Of a stretch of 64,000 nucleotides of DNA, positions 39,105 through 48,605 are shown in pieces (the stretch's first letter is position 1; the number at the start of each line of letters is the position of its first letter). Source of the stretch: an uncultured Pseudomonadales bacterium (GTDB lineage Bacteria; Patescibacteriota; Microgenomatia; UBA1400; PJMF01); contig CAZESB010000001.1 in NCBI GenBank assembly GCA_964515115.1, forward strand, positions 48,292 to 112,291, read 5' to 3'. A program made the position numbers and the translations under genes. The notes below the pieces were generated by a model, which ran no database searches, was not told the DNA's origin, and saw only the letters and a program-made list of their open reading frames with translations.

Positions 39105-39320
39105 ATGGTCAAAAAAACCTCTCAGGGCAGAGCTAAAACTGATCCTCAGGCAACTTTTTCATACAAAAATTATGAAACTTTGCGCCGATTTATTACCACT
39201 CAAGGATCAATTCTTTCCAGGAGTGAAACTCGACTGACGCAAAAACAGCAGCGTGGTTTAGCCAAAGCAATCAAGAGAGCCAGGCATTTAGCCTTGTTGC
39301 CCTTTACTCAAACCGTATAA
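39105..39320 (+). CDS. rpsR: 30S ribosomal protein S18
   Basis: [40 protein letters not shown] matches the S18 core. Confidence 0.85.
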   Translation: MVKKTSQGRAKTDPQATFSYKNYETLRRFITTQGSILSRSETRLTQKQQRGLAKAIKRARHLALLPFTQTV

Positions 39321-39333
39321 GCCAGGAAAAATG

Positions 39334-39355
39334 CCCCTCATCCAGGGGTATTTTT
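39334..39355 (+). terminator. Rho-independent terminator candidate (CCCCT-catcc-AGGGG + TATTTTT)
   Basis: Read directly downstream of rpsR. Confidence 0.45.
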
Positions 39356-39452
39356 CTGCGGAAACTTGCGGGAGCGTCTATGTCCAAGGCAACTATGGCA
39401 GGATAATTCTAGTTTTGAAAAAACCAGCGTTTCTGCGTACAATAAAAACCTC

Positions 39453-40712
39453 ATGAGCATTCAACCAGTCACTATTCGCAGTTTGATTATCGCCTTGTTG
39501 CTGGTGACGGCTGGGTTTTTTGCCGAGTACCGGTATGGTCTGGTAGAAAAATTTATCAGAGAAACGCCGGAGGCAGCGTTTTTGCAGCGACCTTCAGCCA
39601 GATCGCTGGTCACCAACACCGAAATTCCCGCTGACAAACAAAAAGATGTTTCTTTCCAAACTTTCTGGGAAGTTTGGAGTTACTTGGAGCGCGATTATTT
39701 GGAGCCTGGCGATATCAATGCCGAAAATATGGTCAATGGTGCTATTGCCGGCATGACCTCGGCGCTAGGAGATCCTTACACGGTTTATTTGCCGCCGGCA
39801 GATAACCAGCGCAGCGGCGAAGATTTGGCCGGGGCTTTTTATGGCATCGGTATTGAATTGGGCTATGTGGAAGGAATTTTGGCCGCGGTAGCCCCTCTGA
39901 GAGGAACGCCCGCTGAGACAGCTGGTATTCAGGCCGGCGACTTGATCATTAACGTCAAAGATGAAGCTAAAAGTATTGATGAAGACTCGACTCAGTGGTC
40001 GCTTAATAAGGCTGTTGACACTATTCGTGGTCCCAAAAACACGCCGATTACCCTGACTTTGGTGAGAGAAGGTGTGAATGAGCCGTTTGAGCTGACGATT
40101 CTGAGAGACGAGATTGTGGTTGAATCAGTGGAAGTAGAGTTTGTTGAGCATGCCGGTAAGCGGGTGGCTCACATCATGCTTTCTCGATTTGGCGAGAGAA
40201 CCAACGGTGAGTGGGATGCGGTAGTTAATGAAATTCTGAAAAATAGGCAAGGTCTGGATGGAATTATTTTAGACATGCGCAACAATCCGGGTGGCTTTTT
40301 TGACGGAGCGATTATTATTGCCTCTGAATTTATTGATTCTGGCGTGGTGGTGACACAAAAAGGCCAGTTTACCGAGCAAGATTACAACACCAGAGGCCGC
40401 GCCCGCCTGAGTTGGGCGCCGATAGAGGTGCTGGTCAACAAAGGCAGCGCTTCTGCTTCAGAAATTGTGGCCGGAGCCTTGCGGGACAGAAAAGACGCCA
40501 GGCTGATTGGCCAGCAGACGTTTGGCAAGGGCACGGTTCAGGATCGAAAAGAACTTTCTAATGGTGGTGGCTTACATGTCACTGTTGCTCGCTGGATGCT
40601 GCCGGGCGGAGACTGGATTCATGACAGTGGTATTCCGGTTGACATTGAAGTTGAGCAGGATTTTGAAACTGAAGTTGACGAACAGTTGCTGAAAGCGATT
40701 GAAGAATTATGA
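39453..40712 (+). CDS. ctp: Carboxyl-terminal processing protease (S41) with PDZ domain
   Basis: N-terminal TM, PDZ (GDLIINVKD), S41 catalytic region GSASASEIVAGAL...K; an upstream TTG start is possible. Confidence 0.7.
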   Translation: MSIQPVTIRSLIIALLLVTAGFFAEYRYGLVEKFIRETPEAAFLQRPSARSLVTNTEIPADKQKDVSFQTFWEVWSYLERDYLEPGDINAENMVNGAIAGMTSALGDPYTVYLPPADNQRSGEDLAGAFYGIGIELGYVEGILAAVAPLRGTPAETAGIQAGDLIINVKDEAKSIDEDSTQWSLNKAVDTIRGPKNTPITLTLVREGVNEPFELTILRDEIVVESVEVEFVEHAGKRVAHIMLSRFGERTNGEWDAVVNEILKNRQGLDGIILDMRNNPGGFFDGAIIIASEFIDSGVVVTQKGQFTEQDYNTRGRARLSWAPIEVLVNKGSASASEIVAGALRDRKDARLIGQQTFGKGTVQDRKELSNGGGLHVTVARWMLPGGDWIHDSGIPVDIEVEQDFETEVDEQLLKAIEEL

Positions 40713-41878
40713 ACATGCATTCAGTTCGATCTTTTATCATTGGTTTGCTGGTTTCGATTCTGTTTTTAGCCAGCTTTTTCCTGGGAGCAATAGCCGACCG
40801 AGTTTTTGTTTTAAAACCGCTGGATTTTTTGCTTAATCGGAGTGGGAGACTGGTGCAGAATCAGCAACAGCGGCCGCTGCCCAACTTGCGGGAATTACTG
40901 ACAGATGAGACTTATTTAGTGGCCACAGTGGCGGAAAATACCTCCGACTCGGTGGTGACAGTTGCTGTGAGAAGGCAAGAACAACAGCTTAATCCTTTTG
41001 GCTTTTTTGGTTTTGGCTTTGGTTTTCCCAGTGGAGAAGTGCAGGAAGTGCAGCGTGATATCGGCAGTGGTTTTGTAGTTGAGGGGAATCTGGTGGTGAC
41101 CAACAAGCACGTGGTGGCTGATGCCAGCGCCGCTTACTTGATCATTGATAATAACGACAATGAGTATCAGGTGGTGAATATTTACCGTGATCCTGCCAAT
41201 GATTTGGCTATTTTGCGAGTTGAGAATATCAACTTACCGGCTTTAACGCTCGGCGATTCAGATCAGATCAGGGTTGGTGAGCCGGCCATTGCTATTGGGA
41301 CAGCACTCGGGGAGTTTCGCCATACGGTTACTTCTGGGGTGATTTCTGGTTTGGGACGAGGGATTCAGGCAGGCAGTGCTTTTAGTCAGCTCGAAACACT
41401 AGAGGGAGTGATTCAGACTGATGCTGCTATCAATCCCGGTAACTCAGGTGGGCCGCTTTTAAATGCTGTCGGAGAAGTAATTGGGGTCAATGTGGCGGTG
41501 ACACAAGGAGCCGAGAATATTGGTTTTGCCATTCCGATTAATGTGGTCAAAGCTTCGCTCAATAATTTTAATGAAACCGGCCAGTTTGATCGGCCATTTT
41601 TGGGGGTGAGATATCAGCTTATTTCTGAGCAGGCAGCGGTGGCCAACGAAATTCCCCAAGGAGCTTATATTGCTGAAGTGGTGGCTGGTTCTGTGGCAGC
41701 CGAGGCAGGAATTGAGCCGGGCGATGTTTTGCTGAGTATTGATGGGGAGCGGCTGAATGAGGAGCGCGACCTGGCAGTGATAATTAACAACAAGCGGGTG
41801 GGACAGAGAGTGGAATTGGAGTATTGGTCGGAAGGGAGTCGGCTCAGGGCAACGGTGACGCTGAGGGCTTCAGAGTAG
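40709..41878 (+). CDS. HtrA/DegP-family trypsin-like serine protease with C-terminal PDZ
   Basis: GSGFVV...TNKHVV (His), DLAIL (Asp), GNSGGPLLN (Ser), PDZ GIEPGDVLLSIDG. Confidence 0.8.
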   Translation: MNMHSVRSFIIGLLVSILFLASFFLGAIADRVFVLKPLDFLLNRSGRLVQNQQQRPLPNLRELLTDETYLVATVAENTSDSVVTVAVRRQEQQLNPFGFFGFGFGFPSGEVQEVQRDIGSGFVVEGNLVVTNKHVVADASAAYLIIDNNDNEYQVVNIYRDPANDLAILRVENINLPALTLGDSDQIRVGEPAIAIGTALGEFRHTVTSGVISGLGRGIQAGSAFSQLETLEGVIQTDAAINPGNSGGPLLNAVGEVIGVNVAVTQGAENIGFAIPINVVKASLNNFNETGQFDRPFLGVRYQLISEQAAVANEIPQGAYIAEVVAGSVAAEAGIEPGDVLLSIDGERLNEERDLAVIINNKRVGQRVELEYWSEGSRLRATVTLRASE

Positions 41879-41882
41879 AGTT

Positions 41883-42905
41883 TTACTCAGTTGTGGTGTT
41901 GACCACTTCGGCTTCGGCGTCAGTTTTTCTCAGTGCTAGAATTAGCTCGGTGAACATTTCTTCAAGAAAACCGTTAAGGATTTCCGGCAAGTTGTGCCAA
42001 GATTGTTTGGTGCGGTGGTCGGTAATCCGGTTTTGGGGGTAGTTGTAGGTGCGGATTTTTTCACTGCGGCGCGCGCGCCCAATGGCGCTGCGCGCCTTCC
42101 CAATCTTGGCCAGTCTTTTTTCTTCTTCAATTTCCCACAACTGTGAGCGCAACAGCTCCAAGGCCAGCTTGCGATTTTGTTCCTGTTTTTTCTCCTGCCT
42201 GGAAGTGACCACAATGCCGCTCGGCAGATGAGTCAGCCGCACGGCGCTACTGGTTTTGTTAACACTTTGCCCACCAGCGCCGCTCGAACGCATAAACTGC
42301 CAATCTAAATCTTCATCACGAATCTCTACAGCATTAACCGCCACCTCAGGCAGAACCGCCACCGAACAAGTAGAAGTATGGATCCTGCCCTGAGCCTCAG
42401 TTGCTGGCACCCGCTGAACTCGGTGTACGCCGGACTCATATTTAAATAACTCGTAAGCCGTTACTTCAGGAATTTCCTCGGTCTGGAGTGCTGCCAGTTC
42501 CCGAGTTTTGCCTTGAACCTTAATCACCAAATCATCAATATAATGAAATTTCAGCCCTAGTTTTTCGATAAAGCGAATGTACATCCGCAAAATATCATTG
42601 GCCCAGATTTTGGCTTCATCGCCGCCGGCTCCGGGTCGCAGCTCAATAGTGCAGTTTACTTGTTGAGCATCGGCAGCCGTGCCTTCACCAGCGGCCAGAT
42701 TCTGCTCATACTCAAGCGCCGCCTTTTCCAGCGCCGCCTTTTGGATTTTCAGCTGGGCAATCTCGCCTTCAGCCAAAGCTTTCAGCTCTTCATCGCCAGC
42801 TTGTAGCAGCACCTCAGCCTCAGTTAGTTGCTGATTAAGATGGTCGATTTGATCTTGGTAAGGATTGAACATTGAACTCATAGCACTATTGTAGCAGGGC
42901 TTCAA
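41883..42905 (-). CDS. prfA: Peptide chain release factor 1
   Basis: GVHRVQRVPATEAQGRIHTS (PxT tripeptide motif of RF1) and SSGAGGQSVNKT; start may be at MSSMFNPY. Confidence 0.85.
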   Translation of the reverse strand: MKPCYNSAMSSMFNPYQDQIDHLNQQLTEAEVLLQAGDEELKALAEGEIAQLKIQKAALEKAALEYEQNLAAGEGTAADAQQVNCTIELRPGAGGDEAKIWANDILRMYIRFIEKLGLKFHYIDDLVIKVQGKTRELAALQTEEIPEVTAYELFKYESGVHRVQRVPATEAQGRIHTSTCSVAVLPEVAVNAVEIRDEDLDWQFMRSSGAGGQSVNKTSSAVRLTHLPSGIVVTSRQEKKQEQNRKLALELLRSQLWEIEEEKRLAKIGKARSAIGRARRSEKIRTYNYPQNRITDHRTKQSWHNLPEILNGFLEEMFTELILALRKTDAEAEVVNTTTE

Positions 42906-42914
42906 CAGGCTGAG

Positions 42915-43286
42915 CTATTCGGCTTTAGTTTGCTTAGCTTTATCCGCAGTAGGAACTTCAGTTTTGGCCTTTTCATCAGCTTTTTTAGTTTCCTGGCGCA
43001 GTTGAGTTTGTTGCTCACGCAGCAGTTCGCGGTAAGACTTAGGATCTGCAGCTTTAACCGATTTTTTGGCAGCTTTTCTTGGTTGAGCAGCGGCCATTTT
43101 CTTCTTAAACTTGTCAACCCGTCCCTGGCGGTCAATAAACTTGACTTCACCAGTAAAAAAAGGGTGGCACTTGTTGCAGATGTCCACTTCTAGAGTCGGT
43201 TGATTTGAGCCAATCACAAAAGTATTGCCGCAACTGCAGGTTACCTGGCAGTCACTGTACCAAGTGGGATGGATACCTTTTTGCAT
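42915..43286 (-). CDS. rpmE: 50S ribosomal protein L31 with about 55-aa Lys/Ala-rich C-terminal extension
   Basis: [10 protein letters not shown]...CSCGNTF...[10 protein letters not shown] zinc-ribbon L31 core. Confidence 0.85.
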   Translation of the reverse strand: MQKGIHPTWYSDCQVTCSCGNTFVIGSNQPTLEVDICNKCHPFFTGEVKFIDRQGRVDKFKKKMAAAQPRKAAKKSVKAADPKSYRELLREQQTQLRQETKKADEKAKTEVPTADKAKQTKAE

Positions 43287-43380
43287 AATTTCTTTCTTCT
43301 ATCCTGAACAAGCAGTTATTGTACCACAAAAACTCGGGCTGTGGAGGCAAAAATTGGTAGTGGCGAGATTAGCTTTTCCC

Positions 43381-44328
43381 TCAACCGCGCAAGTAATTTT
43401 TTCTTTCTGCCACCAAAACCCCCACGAAAACTACCAGCAGCGAAACAATTTGCACCGGGTGAACACCTTCGTTCAGCATCAACATGCCCAAGGGCAGATA
43501 AATCAGCGGCTGCAAGTAATTAAAAAGGCTGGCTTCAGACGCCTCTAGCACTTCCATGGCCTTGATCAGCGCGGTGTAGCCAATAATCGAGCCAAAAGTA
43601 GCCATGTAAATTGCTGCGGTCACCACGCTGGGTGCGACTAGATCTGTTTGAATTGCCGCGGTCAGGGTAGGGAAGGAAAAACCGGCTTCCACCCAACTCA
43701 AAATCGCAAAACTCACCAGGCCAACATAAAAACTCAAGGAACTGGCCAAAAGTTTGGGAATTTGTCGGTAATATCTCTTGGTGAGCGGGTAGTAAAAACC
43801 GTTCAAAACCAGGCTGAAAATAACTAAAAAATTACCCAGCAGAGCAATTTCTCCCAGCGCCTCGTTTTCGGTGAAGAGCGGCACCAGCGACAGCACCAGC
43901 GTGCCCAGAAAAGCAATCGTCAAGCCCATCGACTCATTTTTCTCCAGTCTTTCCTTAAAAAGCAGCACTCCCACCAGGGTAATAAAAAGCGGCTGAGTAG
44001 TGCCAAGTAAAGAGGCCTCGATGCCGCTGGTCCGCTGCAGACCAGTGTACAAAAGCCAGAGGGTGAGGGTGGTGCCGAGCAACTCAATCAGGGTAATATG
44101 AATGATGTTCTTGATTGACGGCTTGGCTCGGTACCAAAAATAAAGCAAAATCGGCAGGCCGATAGCGGCCGCCAAGACGTAGCGGTAAAGCAAAAAGCGG
44201 TAGGGTGTAGTCACATCCAGGCCAGGTTTGACAATGATCAGCGCTGCACCCCAGGTAATAGTATTAACAATCATGAAGAGATAGGCGCCCAAACGGGATG
44301 GTGTTTTGAGTGATCGCTTTTTTGGCAT
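43381..44328 (-). CDS. EamA-family (DMT superfamily) transporter
   Basis: 10 predicted TM helices in two 5-TM repeats. Confidence 0.6.
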   Translation of the reverse strand: MPKKRSLKTPSRLGAYLFMIVNTITWGAALIIVKPGLDVTTPYRFLLYRYVLAAAIGLPILLYFWYRAKPSIKNIIHITLIELLGTTLTLWLLYTGLQRTSGIEASLLGTTQPLFITLVGVLLFKERLEKNESMGLTIAFLGTLVLSLVPLFTENEALGEIALLGNFLVIFSLVLNGFYYPLTKRYYRQIPKLLASSLSFYVGLVSFAILSWVEAGFSFPTLTAAIQTDLVAPSVVTAAIYMATFGSIIGYTALIKAMEVLEASEASLFNYLQPLIYLPLGMLMLNEGVHPVQIVSLLVVFVGVLVAERKNYLRG

Positions 44329-44341
44329 CTGGAGTCGGCTT

Positions 44342-45589
44342 CTACCTGGCGGATAAAACCTGGCTAATCAATTCCTCAACTGTTAATAGTTCTTGGTCGC
44401 CGGTTTGCATATTTTTCAGGGCTACTTTTTCTGCTTCGATTTCCTGCTCGCCGACAATAGCCACAAAGGGAATTTTTTTCTGATCTGCCAGCTTAAATTG
44501 TTTGCCGAGTTTGTCCGGTTCAGGATAGATTTCTGTTTTAATACCAGCCGCGCGGAGCTTGCTAGCTAATTGCAAGGAATTTTCTGTATATTGCTCAGCA
44601 AAGAGAGTGATTAGGAGATCGGCACTGCGGTTATTGAACTCGAGGGTTTGGAGTTGCAGGGCGGCTTCAACAGTTCTGTCAAAACCAATGCCAAAGCCAA
44701 CCGCTGGCAGCCGTAGTCCGGAAAGGTTTTCTATGAGTTGATCATAACGACCACCACCACCCACAGAACCAACAGTGTATTCGGGAATTCTGGCTTCAAA
44801 AATGAGGCCAGTGTAGTAGTCCAAACCGCGAGCCAGCTTCGGGTTAAATTTGAGAGCTGATTCAGGTACACCCAGTGCTATAACATTGTTTGCAATTTCC
44901 AACAAATTGCTTGACATTTCAATGTTATTGAGAGCAATAAAAAGCTCATCAGCGGCGGCTTTGGTTAGGCCTTTGCCCATTAATTCGGCCGCAATTTCCG
45001 CCTCAGATTTTTTGTCTAATTTATCAACAGTTTGCACCAAAGAAAAGACATCAACAGTTTCATTAGCAAAGGGCGAGAGGGCGGTGAGCAGAGTTTGCCG
45101 GTCGTTGATTTCCAACACCACCGAACTCAAACCGAGCGAACGGAAAACTTCATAAAAAACCGCCAAAATTTCCGCATCCGCTACCGGCGAGGTAGTGCCA
45201 AAAATGTCGCAGTCGCACTGGGTGAATTCGCGATAGCGGCCACGCTGTGGTTTATCTGCCCGGAAAACATTTTGAATCTGGTAACGCCGGAAAAATTTGG
45301 GTAGCTGGGACTGATATTGGGCCAGCACTCGAGAAGACGGCACAGTCTGATCGTACCGCAAGCCAACCTTTCTCCCGCCTCTATCATCAAAAGTGTAGAC
45401 TAATTTATCTGCTTCCTGGCCGTATTTGCCCAACAGCAGCTCAGCATACTCAAGAGTAGGAGTTTCTAGAGGCTCAAAGCCAAACTTTTCAAAAACCTCA
45501 CTCATTTTTTTGGCCACAAAATCCCGAGCCCTTTTTTCTTCAGGAAGCAAATCGCGAAAACCTTTCAAAGTTTGTACAGTATTTTTCAT
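44342..45589 (-). CDS. hisS: Histidyl-tRNA synthetase
   Basis: GFRD start motif, class II motifs, GGRYD and anticodon-binding C-domain. Confidence 0.85.
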   Translation of the reverse strand: MKNTVQTLKGFRDLLPEEKRARDFVAKKMSEVFEKFGFEPLETPTLEYAELLLGKYGQEADKLVYTFDDRGGRKVGLRYDQTVPSSRVLAQYQSQLPKFFRRYQIQNVFRADKPQRGRYREFTQCDCDIFGTTSPVADAEILAVFYEVFRSLGLSSVVLEINDRQTLLTALSPFANETVDVFSLVQTVDKLDKKSEAEIAAELMGKGLTKAAADELFIALNNIEMSSNLLEIANNVIALGVPESALKFNPKLARGLDYYTGLIFEARIPEYTVGSVGGGGRYDQLIENLSGLRLPAVGFGIGFDRTVEAALQLQTLEFNNRSADLLITLFAEQYTENSLQLASKLRAAGIKTEIYPEPDKLGKQFKLADQKKIPFVAIVGEQEIEAEKVALKNMQTGDQELLTVEELISQVLSAR

Positions 45590-45663
45590 CTTTATCCTTT
45601 AATCTAATTATTGTAACATTTGCGGCCTTGTTTTTATGGAGCCTAAAGAGGAGGGCAACAAAA

Positions 45664-45679
45664 AACTCCCCTAAGGGAG
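45664..45679. terminator. Short hairpin ACTCCC-ctaa-GGGAGT flanked by A5 and T4 (bidirectional terminator-like) between divergent hisS and mazG starts
   Basis: Read directly from sequence. Confidence 0.35.
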
Positions 45680-45834
45680 TGTTTTCAAATTGGCCAAGGT
45701 ATATAATGTCAAGTTATATTAGGCACGGCAAACCACTCCCAGCTGATGGTTGGGATGATGGCAAACCAAGCTAATACTGTCAGTAATACAGGCCATACTT
45801 TAATTATGAGCCTATAATATGAAAATGTCAAGTC

Positions 45835-46239
45835 ATGCCAAATAAAAAGCCGAGTGCTTCGAGTCTCAAGGAATTAACCAAACTAATCGCTGTTTTTCGC
45901 GCTGAGCGCCACTGGAAGCGTTTCCGCAATTCTAAAGAGTTAATTTTGGGTTTATTTATCGAGACGGCAGAGTTGGCGGAACACTTTCAGTACCTCGAGG
46001 GCGAAGAGTTGCAGCAGCATATTGAACTTTTTAAGGATGATATCGGTGAAGAATTGGCCGATGTTTTGTACTGGGTGCTGTTGACTGCTCACGAGCTTGA
46101 GATTGATTTGGATGAGACTTTTCGGGATAAAATGAAGAAAAATGCCTTAAAATACCCGCGGCCGGAAGGTGGTGAAGAGGGTGAAGGCAAACTGGCCCAG
46201 CGCCGCCAGAAAAAAATGATGGCCAAGCGGCAGCTGTAG
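45835..46239 (+). CDS. MazG-like nucleotide pyrophosphohydrolase
   Basis: EELADVLYWVLLTAHELEIDLDETF matches the MazG EExxD/E metal-binding helix pair. Confidence 0.7.
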   Translation: MPNKKPSASSLKELTKLIAVFRAERHWKRFRNSKELILGLFIETAELAEHFQYLEGEELQQHIELFKDDIGEELADVLYWVLLTAHELEIDLDETFRDKMKKNALKYPRPEGGEEGEGKLAQRRQKKMMAKRQL

Positions 46240-46393
46240 AGGCTTATCTATTTCCTTTTTTTTCGAGCCCCGCTTTAGGTTTTGCTTCAAGCCTGCTTAT
46301 TTGGAGTTTTACTTTTTCAGTTTCTTTTTTTAAGCCTGTCTCTTTCTGCTGTTTCTTTGCAAAAAAAGATTCTACAGAATAAACAAGGGAGGT

Positions 46394-46645
46394 ATGTCAA
46401 TGCCAATGCAATTCTTGCAACTTGTCACAAAACATGTTAATACGAAGTATATGTTAAAAACCCAACTGCATGTTCCAGAAAAACAGCTTAATTCTGCGAC
46501 TGCTTTGCTCAAGTTAAAAGCAATTGGTGAAAAAAATAATCTCCATGGTCCGAAAGATCTCTCTGAGAATATGGATGATTATTTATGGGGCAGGAAAGCC
46601 TGGCAGAGAAATAGTGGTAGTGGTAAATGCTACTGCAATTTTTAG
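46394..46645 (+). CDS. Hypothetical small protein (83 aa) with C-terminal GSGKCYCNF
   Basis: Strong GGGAGG RBS upstream; no domain. Confidence 0.3.
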   Translation: MSMPMQFLQLVTKHVNTKYMLKTQLHVPEKQLNSATALLKLKAIGEKNNLHGPKDLSENMDDYLWGRKAWQRNSGSGKCYCNF

Positions 46646-46701
46646 TTTTGATAAGTTTTATAGCCAGCAAGGTTTTACTCTGGTTTCAGAGTTATAAGGA
46701 A

Positions 46702-46774
46702 GGGCCTGTAGCTCAGTTGGTAGAGCGCACGATTCGCATTCGTGAGGTCAGGGGTTCGACTCCCCTCAGGTCCA
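46702..46774 (+). tRNA. tRNA-Ala (anticodon CGC)
   Basis: GGGCCTGTAGCTCAGTTGGTAGAGCGCACGATTCGCATTCGTGAGGTCAGGGGTTCGACTCCCCTCAGGTCCA; G3:U70 Ala identity pair; 7-nt loop TTCGCAT; CCA not encoded. Confidence 0.85.
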
Positions 46775-47866
46775 CGTTAATTCTTCCACTTTCTTTCCCA
46801 ACAAAACCGTATTTTCGTGCCGATAACCAAACTCGCCGGTCAGATAAATGCCTGGCTCAATTGTCAAAACCATGCCAGGCTGGAGCGGTGTGTCGTTCAG
46901 CCAGCTCAGAGAAGGCTGTTCATGAATAGCTAAACCCAGCCCATGCCCGGTGGTGTGAATAAAATTCGGGCCATAGCCCTGGCTAGCGATATAATTGCGC
47001 ACTGCCCAGTCGAGGTCTTTGGCGCTCAGGCCGTCGCTCAGTTTGCCGCTACCAGCGTCACCAGCACTGCCACCCCCACCCAAATTGCCTAGCTTCTCCA
47101 AGGCCACTTGGTAGGCTGCCTGGACTACTTCCTCAATTTCAACAAATTTCTCAGCCGGCTGGTCGCCAAACCAAAAAGTTCGAGTCATATCGCTGCAATA
47201 GCCTTGGTAGGAAGCACCAATATCAATCACCACCGGCAAGTTTTTCTTCAGCTGAGCACCGGTAGGCTGGTGATGGGGCAGAGCGGTATGCTCGCCAAAA
47301 GCCACAATAGTAGGAAAAGCCGACGCCTCAGACCCCAGCGCTCGCAAACTTTCCTCCAGCATTTTCTTCACCTCCAGCTCAGTCATGCCTGGCTCCAGGC
47401 GTGCCATCACCTGCTTCAGGGCCTTCACCGTCATCTGACAGGCCATTTTAATGGCAGCAATTTCATCAGCGGTTTTCACCGACCGCAAATTCCAGATCAT
47501 AGTTCTATCCAGGCCAGTAATTTTTAACCCTCCAATCTCCCGTACCGCCTCCAATTCACTAACAAAAAGCGTGTTCTTATCAATCCACAACTCCCGAATT
47601 CGCTCTCTACCACTAATTTGCAGCAGTTTTTTCTTCAAAACCTCCGGTTGGCAGCCGGGAACGGCCTCAATTCCAACCTGAGCTTGAACGGGAGAAAAAT
47701 TGGCATGAAGCAGGGTGGCAGATTTTTGAGTCACCAGCAGCAGCGCCTCGCGTTCTTCAGGCACCAAAATTTCAAAATGGGCAAAATAGCGAATATCCCC
47801 AGTATTACTCAGCAACAAAGCCGTCCGAGGAGGAATTTTGGCTTGCAGTTTTTCCAGTTGGTGCAT
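46766..47866 (-). CDS. M24-family metallopeptidase (Xaa-Pro aminopeptidase/creatinase fold)
   Basis: Pita-bread domain with HTTGHGLGLAIHE metal ligands; stop codon overlaps the tRNA-Ala 3' end on the opposite strand. Confidence 0.7.
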   Translation of the reverse strand: MHQLEKLQAKIPPRTALLLSNTGDIRYFAHFEILVPEEREALLLVTQKSATLLHANFSPVQAQVGIEAVPGCQPEVLKKKLLQISGRERIRELWIDKNTLFVSELEAVREIGGLKITGLDRTMIWNLRSVKTADEIAAIKMACQMTVKALKQVMARLEPGMTELEVKKMLEESLRALGSEASAFPTIVAFGEHTALPHHQPTGAQLKKNLPVVIDIGASYQGYCSDMTRTFWFGDQPAEKFVEIEEVVQAAYQVALEKLGNLGGGGSAGDAGSGKLSDGLSAKDLDWAVRNYIASQGYGPNFIHTTGHGLGLAIHEQPSLSWLNDTPLQPGMVLTIEPGIYLTGEFGYRHENTVLLGKKVEELTWT

Positions 47867-47873
47867 TGTTGGA

Positions 47874-48605
47874 TTAGAGATTTTCAGAGTCTAACTTCAA
47901 CGGAGCTAAAGATTTGATAGTGGTGGCTCGGGCAGTGCCTTCTTCATTTTCAAAACCGACCACTAAAATAGTCATATCGACGTCAAAGCCGCTCCAGGGA
48001 GCTTCGTTGCCTTGGAAATCTTGCAGCTCGGTCGTAGTGGCGACAGCAATAACGCGCTCACTGCTGCCATCGCGCGGGCTAATGGTCACCGAATTTCTGC
48101 TAATTTCCGTAATCGTACCCAAAACCACCACTTGAGGATCGGTCCGGAGAGACTCCGCAGAAACGACAATAAATTCCGGCGTAATGGTTTTATCATTAAC
48201 CGTGCCCATAATGGTCACCCAGTTATCAACCGCGATCTCACCCACGCTAATGGCGTTGCCATCTTTCATCAGCAGGGCGTTGGCCAGGGGAAAAATTTGT
48301 TGACCATCGGTATGGCGGATAGTCAACGCCTCATCAGTAATGCGCTGGACTTCGCCAATAATCGCTTTTTTGCCACCGTCAGTCACGCCCCTAACTTTAG
48401 TGGCAGTTTCCTTGACTAACTGCTTGATATTGTTGGTGACAGTTTCATCGACTGCTTCTTGGTCATCATTTTGCGCCGCTGAAGTTGTGGCATTAAAAAT
48501 AGTTTGCGCTGCTACCCGCTGCTGAATCAAAGTAGCGGTGAAGGCGGTGAGAATGAAAAAGGCCAGTAAGATCAGTGCTAGCTGAAGGGTGGGTAATTTA
48601 ATCAT
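47874..48605 (-). CDS. Hypothetical secreted/membrane-anchored protein
   Basis: N-terminal TM/signal, T/V/I-rich beta-type composition; 4-nt overlap with upstream gene. Confidence 0.4.
   Translation of the reverse strand: MIKLPTLQLALILLAFFILTAFTATLIQQRVAAQTIFNATTSAAQNDDQEAVDETVTNNIKQLVKETATKVRGVTDGGKKAIIGEVQRITDEALTIRHTDGQQIFPLANALLMKDGNAISVGEIAVDNWVTIMGTVNDKTITPEFIVVSAESLRTDPQVVVLGTITEISRNSVTISPRDGSSERVIAVATTTELQDFQGNEAPWSGFDVDMTILVVGFENEEGTARATTIKSLAPLKLDSENL

Noticed and set aside
41883-42905. Possible prfB (RF2) with programmed +1 frameshift
   Set aside because: The factor has the RF1 PAT (PxT) motif and RF1-like flanking sequence, not the RF2 SPF motif. There is no internal CUU UGA frameshift site and none is needed.
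45590-45834. T-box riboswitch in the hisS leader
   Set aside because: No T-box consensus (AGGGUGGNACCGCG-like) or specifier-loop architecture could be found. Only a short hairpin was seen and it is reported separately.
46627-46929. 100-aa plus-strand ORF
   Set aside because: It overlaps tRNA-Ala (46702-46774) in the same orientation and the M24 peptidase gene on the other strand. It is an artefact of the tRNA and antisense reading frame.
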